64,000 bases of DNA from an uncultured Treponema sp. (GCA_937885175.1 CAKZZO010000063.1:3700-67699), one strand, 5' to 3'. Shown: positions 1-9,750, numbered from the stretch's first letter. Translations and numbers: made by a program. Notes: generated by a model from the letters alone, not told the origin.

Positions 1-31
1 AAATTACACGCACTATTCGGAGGTGAGCAGA

Positions 32-1351
32 ATGAGTAACGCCGTTCAATACACCGACATGAAGGACAGTGGGATCAAGTGGATCGGCTCTGTTCCGGCA
101 TCGTGGAATGTGCGGACGCTCTATCAGCTTGCCACAAGAGTGAATAACAAAAACTCCGATCTCACCGAGCAGAATCTGCTTTCCTTAAGCTACGGAAAAA
201 TCAAGCGCAAGGACATCAATACCAATGACGGCCTGCTGCCTGCTTCTTTCGATGGATATAACGTCATCGAAGCCGGGGACATCGTTCTGCGCCTGACAGA
301 TTTGCAGAACGATCATACAAGTCTGCGTGTCGGTCAAGCTACGGAGCGCGGCATTATCACCTCGGCATACACCACTCTGCGACCGATCAATCCTGCGCAT
401 TCCAGATACCTCTACTATCTGATCCATGCCTTTGATCTTAAGAAAGGCTTTTATGGCATGGGTTCAGGCGTTCGTCAGGGACTGAATTATGATGAAGTAA
501 AGGAACTGCGAGTGGTTCTTCCTTCGCAAAAGGAACAAGACGCAATTGTAGCGTATTTGGATGATGTTTGCGTACAGATAGACACGCTGATTCAGGAAGC
601 GAAAGGCACTATTTCTGAATATAAGCAATGGAAGGAATCCTTGATTTTTTACACACTTACTCATGGTTTAGATTCTACCGTTTCCTTGAAAGATAGCGGA
701 ATAAACTGGATTGGCCGTATACCAGAAAGTAGTTCTATTGTAAGAATGCGTTACCTTGTGGACGGTTATAAAGCAGGTCCATTTGGTAGTTCTCTCATTA
801 CTGATAAACTTGATTCTTCCGGCACAATTTTAGTCTATACACCAGAACATATAGCGAAACAGAGTGTTGAAAACGAAAAAAATTTATATTTGCCGGAAGA
901 ACGACGGGAACAGATGTCTCAATTCTTTGTGCAGAAGGGAGATATCATCTTTCCTATCGTTGGTTCTCTCGGAAGAGCCATGCTGATTACTGAGGATATG
1001 CCAGAGGGAATTATTAATCAGCGATTGGCTAAGTTTAGAATTAAAGAGGATGTCATTGATATGGATTTCTTCCTCTGGTTCTTCGCAAAAAGCTCTTTCT
1101 ATAATCAGTTTATAGAAGTAAACTGCAGGGGATCGTTCATTTTAAATTTAACAAAAACGATAATCTATGATATGCCAGTAGTGCTTCCTGGAAGTATTGA
1201 GACGCAACGTGAGATTGCCGAATATCTGAACAGAAGATGTTCGACAATAGATTCGCTGATAAAAGAAAAGGAAACCTTGCTGGACGATTTGGAATTGTAC
1301 AAACGCTCATTGATATATGAAACAGTAACAGGAAAGCGAAAGGTGGTGTGA
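32..1351 (+). CDS. hsdS: Type I restriction-modification specificity subunit HsdS
   Basis: ATG at 32 sits 8 nt after GGAGG (19-23). Two variable target-recognition halves are separated by conserved helices (central LPSQKEQDAIVAYLDD..., C-terminal LPGSIETQREIAEYLNRRC...), the classic HsdS layout. There is a 3-nt gap to hsdR. Confidence 0.9.
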   Translation: MSNAVQYTDMKDSGIKWIGSVPASWNVRTLYQLATRVNNKNSDLTEQNLLSLSYGKIKRKDINTNDGLLPASFDGYNVIEAGDIVLRLTDLQNDHTSLRVGQATERGIITSAYTTLRPINPAHSRYLYYLIHAFDLKKGFYGMGSGVRQGLNYDEVKELRVVLPSQKEQDAIVAYLDDVCVQIDTLIQEAKGTISEYKQWKESLIFYTLTHGLDSTVSLKDSGINWIGRIPESSSIVRMRYLVDGYKAGPFGSSLITDKLDSSGTILVYTPEHIAKQSVENEKNLYLPEERREQMSQFFVQKGDIIFPIVGSLGRAMLITEDMPEGIINQRLAKFRIKEDVIDMDFFLWFFAKSSFYNQFIEVNCRGSFILNLTKTIIYDMPVVLPGSIETQREIAEYLNRRCSTIDSLIKEKETLLDDLELYKRSLIYETVTGKRKVV

Positions 1352-1354
1352 CCC

Positions 1355-4300
1355 ATGAATGAAGATAAGGGATTTCAAGACCGTGTCACGGTATACTACG
1401 AGGGCATCCAGGGCATGGACGAATCGGAGAAGACATTCGAGGCATTCATCGAGTCCTACCTCATCTCCGAAGAAGGCGGCTGGACGAAAGCCACGGATGC
1501 GGGACTCCGCAGCGAGGAAAGCCGCGGAATGAATCTGGACATCGTGACGCTGACGGATTTTGTAAAGGCTACCCAGCCGATGGCATGGAAGCGTTTCGAA
1601 CGGATGTGTACCATTAACCCGGTACGCCAGTTCTACAAGTCCTTCGAGAACGCCGTGACACAGGATGGCCTGATTTCCGTTCTCCGCTACGGCTTCAAGC
1701 ATCGCGGCGTTTCCTTCCGCGTGTGCTATTTCAAGCCGGAATCCGAACTGAATGATCTGGCCGTGGCAAACTATCAGAAGAATGTTTGTCAGTGCATCCG
1801 GCAGTGGCATTACTCGGAGCAGAACAAGAACAGCATTGATATGCTGCTTGCTGTCAACGGCATCCCGATTATCGCTATTGAACTGAAGAACCAGCTGACG
1901 GGACAGTCCGTGGATGACGCAAAAAAACAGTGGGCATATAACCGCAATCCCAAGGAGCCGGTATTCGGCTTTAACAAGCGCATTCTGGCATACTTTGCCT
2001 GCGACCTTTACGATGTTTATATGACCACAAGGCTGGAAGGACCCATGACAAACTTCCTGCCCTTTAACCAGGGCAGCAACGGCGCGGGCAGAGACGGTGG
2101 AGCGGGCAACCCTCCGAATCCTACAGGCGGCTATGTGACATCCTACTTCTGGGAAAATATGCTGCAGAAGGATAAGCTGATGGATATCCTCCAGAAATTC
2201 ATCAGCTATGAGAAGACCGAGAAAAAAGAAATCATGCCGGACGGCTCTGCCAATATCAAGAAGACCGAGAAGATCATCTTCCCGCGTTATCATCAGCTGG
2301 ATGTCGTGCGGGAGCTGGTGCGCCATGTGCGTGAGAACGGTCCCGGACACAATTACCTCATTCAGCACAGCGCAGGTTCCGGCAAGTCCAACTCCATCGC
2401 CTGGACTGCCTATCGGATGGCGAGTCTGCATGACAGCAATAACGAGGCTGTGTACGACAGCGTGATTGTGGTCACCGACCGCCGCGTTTTGGATCAGCAG
2501 CTCCAAGCCACTATCTCCAGCTTTGACCATACCCTCGGCAGCGTGGAGACCATTGACGATAAGAAAAGTTCAAAAGACCTGCTGAACGCCATCAACAAGG
2601 GCAAGCGTGTTATTGTCACCACCCTGCAGAAGTTTCCTGTCATTTACGAGCAGGTTCAGTCTGCCGTAGGCAAACACTATGCCATCATCGTGGATGAGGC
2701 GCACAGCAGTCAGACCGGGCAGTCCGCTATGAAGCTGAAAGCCGCTCTTGCGGATGTTTCCGATGCCCTTGAGGAATATGCCGAACTGGAACAGAAAGCG
2801 GTCGATGATATAGAATCCAAGGATATTCTCGTCCAGGATATGCTCAGTCAGGGCAAGCACAAGAATCTGAGCTTCTTCGCTTTCACCGCTACGCCGAAGG
2901 GCAAGACGCTCGAAATCTTCGGCGAACCGCAGCCGGACGGCTCTTTCCATCCCTTCCACATCTATTCGATGAGACAGGCTATCGAGGAAGGTTTCATCCT
3001 GGATGTGCTGGCAAACTATACCACCTATAAAATGTGTTATCAGATCGCCAAAAATGTGCCGGATAACCCGGATGTCCCGACTTCCAAAGCCGTTCGTACC
3101 ATCCGCCGATATGAGGAACTGCATCCGCATAACCTTGCGCAGAAAGCAGCTATCATCGTAGAGACCTTCCGGGATGTTACCAAACACAAGATCGGCGGTC
3201 TCGGAAAGATGATGGTCGTTACCGCATCCCGACTTGCGGCTGTCCGCTACTACCACGAGATCAAGCGGTATCTGGAGCAGAACGATTATGACGATATCGA
3301 GATTATGATCGCGTTCAGCGGCAGCCTGAAAGACCCGGATGATCCCAACAGCCCTGAATATACAGAAAGTTCCATGAACGTGGACAGCAACGGCAATCGC
3401 GTCAAGGAGAGCCAGACAAAAAGCGTATTCCATGATGAAGGCGATATCCTTATTGTCGCGGAGAAATACCAGACAGGCTTTGATGAGCCGCTGCTTCATA
3501 CCATGATCGTGGACAAGGAACTTCGGGATGTTAAGGCCGTACAGACTCTTAGCCGTCTGAACAGAACTTATCCGCGCAAGGTCGATACCTATGTACTTGA
3601 CTTCGTGAACGATGTTGACCGCATCCGCGAGGCGTTCCAACAGTTCTATCAGGAAACAAGTCTGGATGAGGAGATCAACTTCGACCTCATTTACACCACA
3701 CAGAAAATCCTGCGTGACTTCAAAGTCTACACCGATGAGGATATCGAAGCGGTATCACAGATTTATTTCGATCCAGATGTCCGCAAGGCGAACGCGACAC
3801 AAGGCAAAATTTCCAATATACTCAAGCCGGTCGCTGACAAGTACAATCTGCTGAACCAGGAACAGCGGTATCAGTTCCGCAGAGAGGTTCGCGCTTTCGT
3901 AAAGTGGTATAACTACATTTCGCAGATTACCAGGATGTTTGACAAGGATTTGCATAAGGAATATATCCTCTGCTCTTACCTTGCCAAGCTGCTCCCATCG
4001 GATAAGACGCAGCCGTTTGACCTCGACAATCGCGTGAAACTGGAATACTATCGTTTGGAAAAGACCTATGAAGGCGCAATCGAACTGGAAGCGACTCCCG
4101 GCTCATGGAAGCCGACCCAGCCGAAACGCGCCGGCGGCCAGAAGGATAGGCTCAGTCCGTTGGATGAGATTATTGCGAGGATCAACGAGGAATTTTTCGG
4201 AGATTTCACGGATGCCGACCGCGTCATGGTAGATACCCTCTACACGAAGATGCGCAAGGATGCCAAGGTCAAGAAGGCGGCCAAGAGCAATGACCGCCAG

Positions 4301-4471
4301 GTCTATGAACGGAGTATCTTCCCCGGTATATTCGATACGACCGCACAAGAGGCTTATATGGAAAACACGGAGGCTTACGAGCAGCTGTTCCTCGATGCCG
4401 AGAAATACCGCATCATCCAGCAGGCACTTGCGGAGAGGCTCTATCGGGAGCTTCATGGCGATCCTAAATAA
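1355..4471 (+). CDS. hsdR: Type I restriction enzyme R subunit HsdR (nuclease + SF2 translocase)
   Basis: 1038 aa. N-terminal PD-(D/E)xK motif [19 protein letters not shown]; helicase motif [12 protein letters not shown]; motif [10 protein letters not shown]; later QTGFDEP. Length and domain order are typical of HsdR. Confidence 0.93.
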   Translation: MNEDKGFQDRVTVYYEGIQGMDESEKTFEAFIESYLISEEGGWTKATDAGLRSEESRGMNLDIVTLTDFVKATQPMAWKRFERMCTINPVRQFYKSFENAVTQDGLISVLRYGFKHRGVSFRVCYFKPESELNDLAVANYQKNVCQCIRQWHYSEQNKNSIDMLLAVNGIPIIAIELKNQLTGQSVDDAKKQWAYNRNPKEPVFGFNKRILAYFACDLYDVYMTTRLEGPMTNFLPFNQGSNGAGRDGGAGNPPNPTGGYVTSYFWENMLQKDKLMDILQKFISYEKTEKKEIMPDGSANIKKTEKIIFPRYHQLDVVRELVRHVRENGPGHNYLIQHSAGSGKSNSIAWTAYRMASLHDSNNEAVYDSVIVVTDRRVLDQQLQATISSFDHTLGSVETIDDKKSSKDLLNAINKGKRVIVTTLQKFPVIYEQVQSAVGKHYAIIVDEAHSSQTGQSAMKLKAALADVSDALEEYAELEQKAVDDIESKDILVQDMLSQGKHKNLSFFAFTATPKGKTLEIFGEPQPDGSFHPFHIYSMRQAIEEGFILDVLANYTTYKMCYQIAKNVPDNPDVPTSKAVRTIRRYEELHPHNLAQKAAIIVETFRDVTKHKIGGLGKMMVVTASRLAAVRYYHEIKRYLEQNDYDDIEIMIAFSGSLKDPDDPNSPEYTESSMNVDSNGNRVKESQTKSVFHDEGDILIVAEKYQTGFDEPLLHTMIVDKELRDVKAVQTLSRLNRTYPRKVDTYVLDFVNDVDRIREAFQQFYQETSLDEEINFDLIYTTQKILRDFKVYTDEDIEAVSQIYFDPDVRKANATQGKISNILKPVADKYNLLNQEQRYQFRREVRAFVKWYNYISQITRMFDKDLHKEYILCSYLAKLLPSDKTQPFDLDNRVKLEYYRLEKTYEGAIELEATPGSWKPTQPKRAGGQKDRLSPLDEIIARINEEFFGDFTDADRVMVDTLYTKMRKDAKVKKAAKSNDRQVYERSIFPGIFDTTAQEAYMENTEAYEQLFLDAEKYRIIQQALAERLYRELHGDPK

Positions 4472-4534
4472 GGCACAGGACAATCAAGACGCTGAAGGGC
4501 AGCGAAACATTTGGCAAATTAACGGAGGTGCAGC

Positions 4535-6631
4535 ATGGCTATACCAAAAATCAAAAAACAGGACATCATCGACGCCTTAAAGTACATCGATGAGAACGGT
4601 GTGCCTTTCCATAACCAGAGTACGAAGTATGAACTCGTGACGGAGGATGGAAAGCGATATCCGCCGAAGTATGTGGTAGCCGTGGCTGACCATATGGCAA
4701 ACGGTACGGATATTTCAACAGAAGGCTTTAACGCTGTGGAGGCAAAGAGCTACCTGGAAGGTCAGGACTTTACGATTGAGACAAAGCAGCAGGAAAAGTT
4801 TGAATTGTCTGTCTCCGCTGAGAATGTAGAGTCCACAGATGAACGGTTCACGATGGAAAATCTGAGTCTCGGCGACAATTATAAGCCTCTCGATGTGTAT
4901 TTCAAAAAGGCAAACGGAGACGTGATAAAACGCTCCTACAGTAAAGGTGAAAGAAGGAATTCCAATCAGACGATGCCACGTATCGCTTTCCAGATTTTTG
5001 AAAAGCAGATATCAAATATGTCCGTTGAGGATAAGGAGGCCTTTCCTATCTGCAAATACAATCCTGACAGCGATATGATTTGCGGAATTTTCTCCAGCGT
5101 GGATGAGTTTAAGAAACATCGCAACACCATAGAGTACCTGACATATGGCTACGATAATGGCAGGCAGTTCGTTATCTATTGCTGGAATATCTTCTCCACG
5201 ATTATTTTCGTCCAGGAATGCTTGAAGCGTTTCGGAGAGCCTGGGGATCAATTCATCCTTACCTACCGTGAGAAGGATGAGAAGGAAACAGAGGCTGCAG
5301 AGACAGAGGCAGCCGCACAGGAGGAACTTGTCCAGCAGTTTAAGGGATACAGAAATCCCTTCTCCTCTATGCTGATTGCTTCGAAGAATCTGATTTTCAG
5401 AGGTGCGCCGGGTACCGGCAAGTCTTACCTCGCAAAGGAAATCGCTACGGATATTATCAGCAACGGGTACTTTGATGACTATACGCTACTCACCGATGAG
5501 CAGAAGAAACAGGTGGAGTTTGTCCAGTTCCATCCAAGCTATGACTACTCTGATTTTGTTGAGGGCTTGAGACCGAAAGTAAATGATGACGGTACTATGG
5601 GCTTTGAATTGCAGGACGGCATTTTCAAGAAGTTCGTTGCCCGCGCAAGAAAGAACTACGAGGATTCCCAAAAGTCAAAGGAAACGATAGAGAAGGAAAT
5701 CTCTGTGCAGGAATCAATGACGGAGTTCTTTTCCAACATTGAACTTGGCGTTGATACCTTTAAGACAATCAATGGCAATGAGTTCACCATTACCAGCGTG
5801 GATGACAAACACATTACTATCTCCATACCCGGAAACGCCACCGTCAATAAGCTCACCCTGAATCTGGACGAGGTCAGGAAGATGCTGGAGTCCGGGCAGA
5901 AGTTCGACAAGATCAAGGATATCACGACCTTCTTTGGAAAGTCGTTTGCAACACAGGCGTATTCCTATGACTTCGCAATCTACAAGGCTATCAGGGCAAA
6001 GAAAAGCGCAGCTTCTAAGGCGAAGGCAAAGCAGGAAGAATTGAAGAAGTACATCTTCATTATCGATGAAATTAACCGTGGTGAAATTTCAAAGATATTC
6101 GGCGAACTGTTCTTTGCAATAGACCCTGGATATCGCGGCAGAGCCGGAGAAATATCTACGCAATATTCCAATCTGCACTCCGATCCGGATGAGAAGTTTT
6201 ATATCCCGGAGAATGTTTATATCATTGGCACCATGAACGACATCGACCGTTCTGTGGACAGCTTTGATTTTGCTATGCGTAGACGTTTCCGTTTCGTGGA
6301 ACTCCGAGCAGATGAGCGTCTTGAAATGCTGGCTTCTTTGGAGAATGAAGAGCTGGAGGCCGAGGCTATCAAGAGAATGGCTGCGCTTAATAAGGAAATT
6401 GCAAGTGTTGAGGACTTGAACGAGAATTACCAAATCGGCGCATCATACTTCCTAAAGCTGAAGACTCTCGATTTTGACCAGCTTTGGACGGATTACCTGC
6501 AGCCGCTTCTGCAGGAATACATCCAGGGGATGTACGATGAGGAAGGGCTTATGAATCGTTTTGCGAAAGCATACGGTTATAAAAAGCCGGTTGAAGGTGA
6601 TGTGAATGAAACTGCTCAAGATCAAGGATAA
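4535..6631 (+). CDS. mcrB: McrB-family AAA+ GTPase restriction subunit with atypical N-terminal region
   Basis: 698 aa with GGAGGT upstream. McrB signature blocks are present: GAPGTGKS, FHPSYDYSDFVEG, IIDEINRGEISKIFGEL, IIGTMNDIDRS, AMRRRFRF. The first ~285 aa do not resemble the E. coli McrB reader domain. Confidence 0.88.
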   Translation: MAIPKIKKQDIIDALKYIDENGVPFHNQSTKYELVTEDGKRYPPKYVVAVADHMANGTDISTEGFNAVEAKSYLEGQDFTIETKQQEKFELSVSAENVESTDERFTMENLSLGDNYKPLDVYFKKANGDVIKRSYSKGERRNSNQTMPRIAFQIFEKQISNMSVEDKEAFPICKYNPDSDMICGIFSSVDEFKKHRNTIEYLTYGYDNGRQFVIYCWNIFSTIIFVQECLKRFGEPGDQFILTYREKDEKETEAAETEAAAQEELVQQFKGYRNPFSSMLIASKNLIFRGAPGTGKSYLAKEIATDIISNGYFDDYTLLTDEQKKQVEFVQFHPSYDYSDFVEGLRPKVNDDGTMGFELQDGIFKKFVARARKNYEDSQKSKETIEKEISVQESMTEFFSNIELGVDTFKTINGNEFTITSVDDKHITISIPGNATVNKLTLNLDEVRKMLESGQKFDKIKDITTFFGKSFATQAYSYDFAIYKAIRAKKSAASKAKAKQEELKKYIFIIDEINRGEISKIFGELFFAIDPGYRGRAGEISTQYSNLHSDPDEKFYIPENVYIIGTMNDIDRSVDSFDFAMRRRFRFVELRADERLEMLASLENEELEAEAIKRMAALNKEIASVEDLNENYQIGASYFLKLKTLDFDQLWTDYLQPLLQEYIQGMYDEEGLMNRFAKAYGYKKPVEGDVNETAQDQG

Positions 6632-7925
6632 TTCACAACATAAAAAAGATGCCTTTTCTGATATAGGAATCCTTGCGGGCAAGATTGCTGATAAGACATT
6701 GGAGCAGCTTGAACGGGAAGGTGTATTTGTGTTCCCTGAAATCGTGAAAGACGCAGAGGATATAACGCGGGATCAGATGATAATCCAGAGCGTAAACGAT
6801 ACTTATCGGTCGGGCAATGTGATGGGATTCCTTGGTTGCGGAGATGAACGGCTTATTATTGAATCACGCTTTGGCGGCGAGGAGGATGATTTCTTTTTTC
6901 AATATCTCCTTGATAAAGTGATGGACTTTCCAAACATCGTAGATTTGGATTCCGATGCGAATCAGGATAATCGGCTGTTTAACTTCCTGCTGTTCCTGTT
7001 TCCGTATTATCTGAAAACAGCAATGAGGAAAGGCCTGTTTAAGAAGTACATCCGCCACAGGTATAATGACGGAAATGTGAAAGGTGCTATCGATATCGCA
7101 AGACATATAGAGAAGAACACACCGTTCACCGGGAGCGTTGCGTATTCGCAGAGGGAGTTTTCTTATGATAACAGCCTCATGGAACTGGTGCGACACACCA
7201 TCGAATTTATCAAAAGGAAACCATACGGGAATAATCTCCTTGTCAAAGTAAAGGATGAGGTGAAACTCGTTATTGATGCCACACCTGGATATGAGCCTTA
7301 TGATAGGCAAAGAATCATTGAGCAGAACAAGAAGAACACAGTGCGCCACGCATACTTCCGAGAATATCTCGCTTTGCAGAGATTGTGTCTCTTGATTCTT
7401 CGCCATCAGAAACATCAAATCGGCTCTGGCTCAAGGCAGATATACGGCATTTTATTTGATGGTGCCTGGCTGTGGGAGGAGTATATCAATTCCCTCATCG
7501 AGGATGTGTTTTATCATCCGATGAATAAAGGTGGTAAAGGCGCCCAGAGGCTATTTGCCGGCAACATCGGGTTAATCTATCCTGATTTCATCAGCCGTAA
7601 TAATGAAACAAGAATCATAGCAGATGCCAAGTACAAGCCTCTTGATAATATTGGCAATAAGGACTATCTGCAGGTGTTGGCGTATATGTTCCGCTTTGAT
7701 GCAAAGGCGGGCTACTACCTTTATCCAGAAGCGGAAGAATCGGATGATCTGAAACTGTGGATGAATCGCGGCTCGACCTACGAATCAAATGTCATGCCGC
7801 GTGATGACATCAGCATTACAAAACACGGTTTGAAAATTCCTGTAAAAGCTACTGACTACGCAGGCTTTGTGGAAAAAATGAAAACTCATGAGCAGGAGTT
7901 CATTCAAGCATTTTCAATGATGTAA
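6606..7925 (+). CDS. mcrC: McrC-like endonuclease subunit
   Basis: 439 aa, overlaps mcrB by 26 nt. C-terminal PD-(D/E)xK-type motif IYPDF...RIIADAKYK. Its position directly after mcrB is typical of McrC. Confidence 0.8.
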   Translation: MKLLKIKDNSQHKKDAFSDIGILAGKIADKTLEQLEREGVFVFPEIVKDAEDITRDQMIIQSVNDTYRSGNVMGFLGCGDERLIIESRFGGEEDDFFFQYLLDKVMDFPNIVDLDSDANQDNRLFNFLLFLFPYYLKTAMRKGLFKKYIRHRYNDGNVKGAIDIARHIEKNTPFTGSVAYSQREFSYDNSLMELVRHTIEFIKRKPYGNNLLVKVKDEVKLVIDATPGYEPYDRQRIIEQNKKNTVRHAYFREYLALQRLCLLILRHQKHQIGSGSRQIYGILFDGAWLWEEYINSLIEDVFYHPMNKGGKGAQRLFAGNIGLIYPDFISRNNETRIIADAKYKPLDNIGNKDYLQVLAYMFRFDAKAGYYLYPEAEESDDLKLWMNRGSTYESNVMPRDDISITKHGLKIPVKATDYAGFVEKMKTHEQEFIQAFSMM

Positions 7926-7943
7926 TATGTTTTGAGGCAGAAT

Positions 7944-8207
7944 ATGGGGAGTTATGATTTAACCGCCGCGCATGAAGCGGCAAGATTCAATAAGGATATA
8001 CTCAGGAAAAACAGTAAATGCGGCTGCTTCTATTGCCTCAAGGTGTTTTCGCCATCTGAGATTGAGGAATGGTGCCCCGAACTGGATGAAGGCGAAGAAG
8101 TGACAGCTATATGTCCATACTGTGGTATAGATGCAATTCTGCCTGAAAGTGCTGGGTATCCGCTTACTGATGAATTTCTGGGAACAATGCGAGAAAGGTG
8201 GTTTTGA
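7944..8207 (+). CDS. Small cysteine-rich (Zn-ribbon-like) protein of unknown function
   Basis: 87 aa from ATG 7944; the ORF track starts at TTG 7932. Six Cys are arranged CGCFYC ... WC ... CPYC. The gene lies 18 nt after mcrC and 3 nt before the ARH gene. No family can be named from memory. Confidence 0.6.
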   Translation: MGSYDLTAAHEAARFNKDILRKNSKCGCFYCLKVFSPSEIEEWCPELDEGEEVTAICPYCGIDAILPESAGYPLTDEFLGTMRERWF

Positions 8208-8210
8208 TAT

Positions 8211-9068
8211 ATGCTTGGAGCAATAGTCGGTGACATCGTAGGTTCGGTCTACGAATGGCACAATATAAAAACGAAGGAGTTTCCCTTGTTCCGGGATGAC
8301 TGCTTTTTCACGGATGATACCGTCATGACCTGCGCCGTTGCGGAGGCGGTTATGAATGGCGGAGAAAGAGATGACTTCATTGACGCGATGAAGAAGTACG
8401 GTCGGATGTACCCAGATGCAGGCTACGGCGGCAGATTCGGTACGTGGGTATTCTCCGATGATCGTGAGCCGTACAACAGCTACGGTAATGGTTCAGCTAT
8501 GCGCGTTTCGCCTTGCGCCTGGGTGATGGATTGCGGCTTCTGCGCTCGGACGGGAATGTGGCCATCCAACGGAAGAGCCGGTGCCCAGCTGTCCGCAGAG
8601 GTAACACATAACCACCCGGAGGGAATCAAAGGCGCAATGGCAACAGCAGATGCAATCTTCATGTGCCGTTATTACTTCGGTGGCTATTACGGCGACTACG
8701 AGCAGCCTATCAATGATGACCCGGCAGAGTGCAAACGGCGTATAAAGGAACACATCGAGAATGAGTATGGCTACGATCTTTCCAAGACGCTGGATGAAAT
8801 CCGTCCTACATACCGCTTTAACGAGACCTGCCAGGACACCGTACCGCAAGCCATTATCGCATTTCTGGAAAGCACGGACTTTGAGGACGCTATCCGAAAC
8901 GCCATCTCACTTGGCGGCGACAGCGATACCCTTGCGGCAATCACGGGAAGCATCGCAGAGGCAGCATATGGCATCCCCGACTGGATTAAGGACAAGGCGT
9001 ATTCCTATCTCGATGAGCCGTTGAAGGATGTGCTCAGACGGTGGAAGAAATACATTTCAAGAGACTGA
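8211..9068 (+). CDS. ADP-ribosylglycohydrolase family protein (DraG/ARH/Tri1 fold)
   Basis: 285 aa. N-terminal GAIVGDIVGSVYEW and FTDDTVMT blocks and C-terminal GGDSDTLAAITGSIAEAAYG block match the metal-binding motifs of the ADP-ribosylglycohydrolase family. Confidence 0.88.
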   Translation: MLGAIVGDIVGSVYEWHNIKTKEFPLFRDDCFFTDDTVMTCAVAEAVMNGGERDDFIDAMKKYGRMYPDAGYGGRFGTWVFSDDREPYNSYGNGSAMRVSPCAWVMDCGFCARTGMWPSNGRAGAQLSAEVTHNHPEGIKGAMATADAIFMCRYYFGGYYGDYEQPINDDPAECKRRIKEHIENEYGYDLSKTLDEIRPTYRFNETCQDTVPQAIIAFLESTDFEDAIRNAISLGGDSDTLAAITGSIAEAAYGIPDWIKDKAYSYLDEPLKDVLRRWKKYISRD

Positions 9069-9097
9069 TAAATCGAGGGTTTGTAGGAGGTATAGTG

Positions 9098-9511
9098 ATG
9101 TGGTTTTGGTTAGCACTCGGTTCAGCGGTCTTTGCCGCGCTGACAACAATACTGGCAAAGATAGGGATTGAAGGTGTAGGCTCTAACCTTGCCACTGCGA
9201 TCCGCACAATGGTCGTTGTTGTAATGGCTTGGGGAATGGTGTTTATCACTCATCAGCAGACCGGAATCAGGTCAATCAGTCAGAAGAGTTGGATTTTCCT
9301 AATCTTGTCCGGCCTTGCAACGGGAGCCTCATGGCTATGTTATTACAAGGCTTTGCAGATGGGAGATGCCTCCAAAGTCGTCCCGATTGATAAGCTCTCC
9401 GTAGTCATCACACTGGTGTTAGCTTTTATTTTCCTGCACGAAGAATTTACTACAAAGTCGGTGATTGGCTGCATCCTGATCGGAGCCGGAACATTATTGA
9501 TGGTTCTGTAA
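9098..9511 (+). CDS. Half-size EamA/DMT-family membrane transporter
   Basis: 137 aa from ATG 9098, with GTAGGAGG just upstream. About 4-5 hydrophobic helices with single-EamA-domain character (MWFWLALGSAVFAALTTILAK...). The track start at 9041 adds an unlikely hydrophilic extension. Confidence 0.75.
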   Translation: MWFWLALGSAVFAALTTILAKIGIEGVGSNLATAIRTMVVVVMAWGMVFITHQQTGIRSISQKSWIFLILSGLATGASWLCYYKALQMGDASKVVPIDKLSVVITLVLAFIFLHEEFTTKSVIGCILIGAGTLLMVL

Positions 9512-9528
9512 CACAACTTCCAGTTTGT

Positions 9529-9578
9529 ACCTTTTGATTATTCCTCACACCTTTTGATTTTGCCTATACCTTTCGATT
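9529..9578. repeat. Three direct copies of ACCTTT(T/C)GATT
   Basis: Copies at 9529-9539, 9549-9559 and 9568-9578, with ~20-nt periodicity, in the non-coding stretch after the EamA gene. Confidence 0.6.
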
Positions 9579-9586
9579 TTTCATCG

Positions 9587-9624
9587 GACTGGTTCAAATC
9601 GAGGGGTTCAGACTGGTTCAAATC
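9587..9624. repeat. Two direct copies of GACTGGTTCAAATC
   Basis: Exact 14-mers at 9587-9600 and 9611-9624, separated by 10 nt that contain a partial third copy (GGGGTTCA). Confidence 0.7.
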
Positions 9625-9670
9625 CTTAAGGGCAAGGTCACTGAAAAACTGAAAACGGGCATAAAAAAAG

Positions 9671-9705
9671 AGGGCTTCCGGCGGAGCAAAACCGCTGAAA
9701 GCCCT
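9671..9705. terminator. Hairpin flanked by A-run/T-rich tract (possible bidirectional terminator)
   Basis: AGGGCTTCCGGCGG / CCGCTGAAAGCCCT arms (12 of 14 positions pair) with loop AGCAAAA. Preceded by A7 (a T7 on the minus strand) and followed by TGTTTATT. Confidence 0.45.
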
Positions 9706-9750
9706 TGTTTATTGGGGATTTCCCTTGTATCAAAGACAGCGTTTACATAG

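Noticed and set aside
1-39. Possible C-terminal end of hsdM (frame 1 reads KLHALFGGEQNE-stop, overlapping the hsdS start)
   Set aside because: Only 12 codons are visible, and another frame also terminates nearby (stop at 24-26). This is too little evidence for a feature call.
1307-3640. Long minus-strand ORFs (1307-2530, 407 aa; 2570-3640, 356 aa) opposite hsdR
   Set aside because: They are antisense shadows of a strongly codon-biased gene. The translations are low-complexity (rich in L, V, A, H, R) with no recognisable motifs, whereas the plus-strand frame has full HsdR motifs.
9041-9097. Upstream extension of the EamA ORF (MEEIHFKRLINRGFVGGIV)
   Set aside because: It overlaps the ARH gene end and lacks an RBS. 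ATG 9098 has a strong GGAGG and starts directly with the first TM helix.
9587-9624. GGTTCAAATC looks like a tRNA T-loop, so I checked for a tRNA or tRNA fragment at the island junction
   Set aside because: The flanking bases cannot form a T-stem (ACTGG versus CGAGG/CCTTA). No acceptor or anticodon arms can be drawn. It is kept only as a direct repeat.
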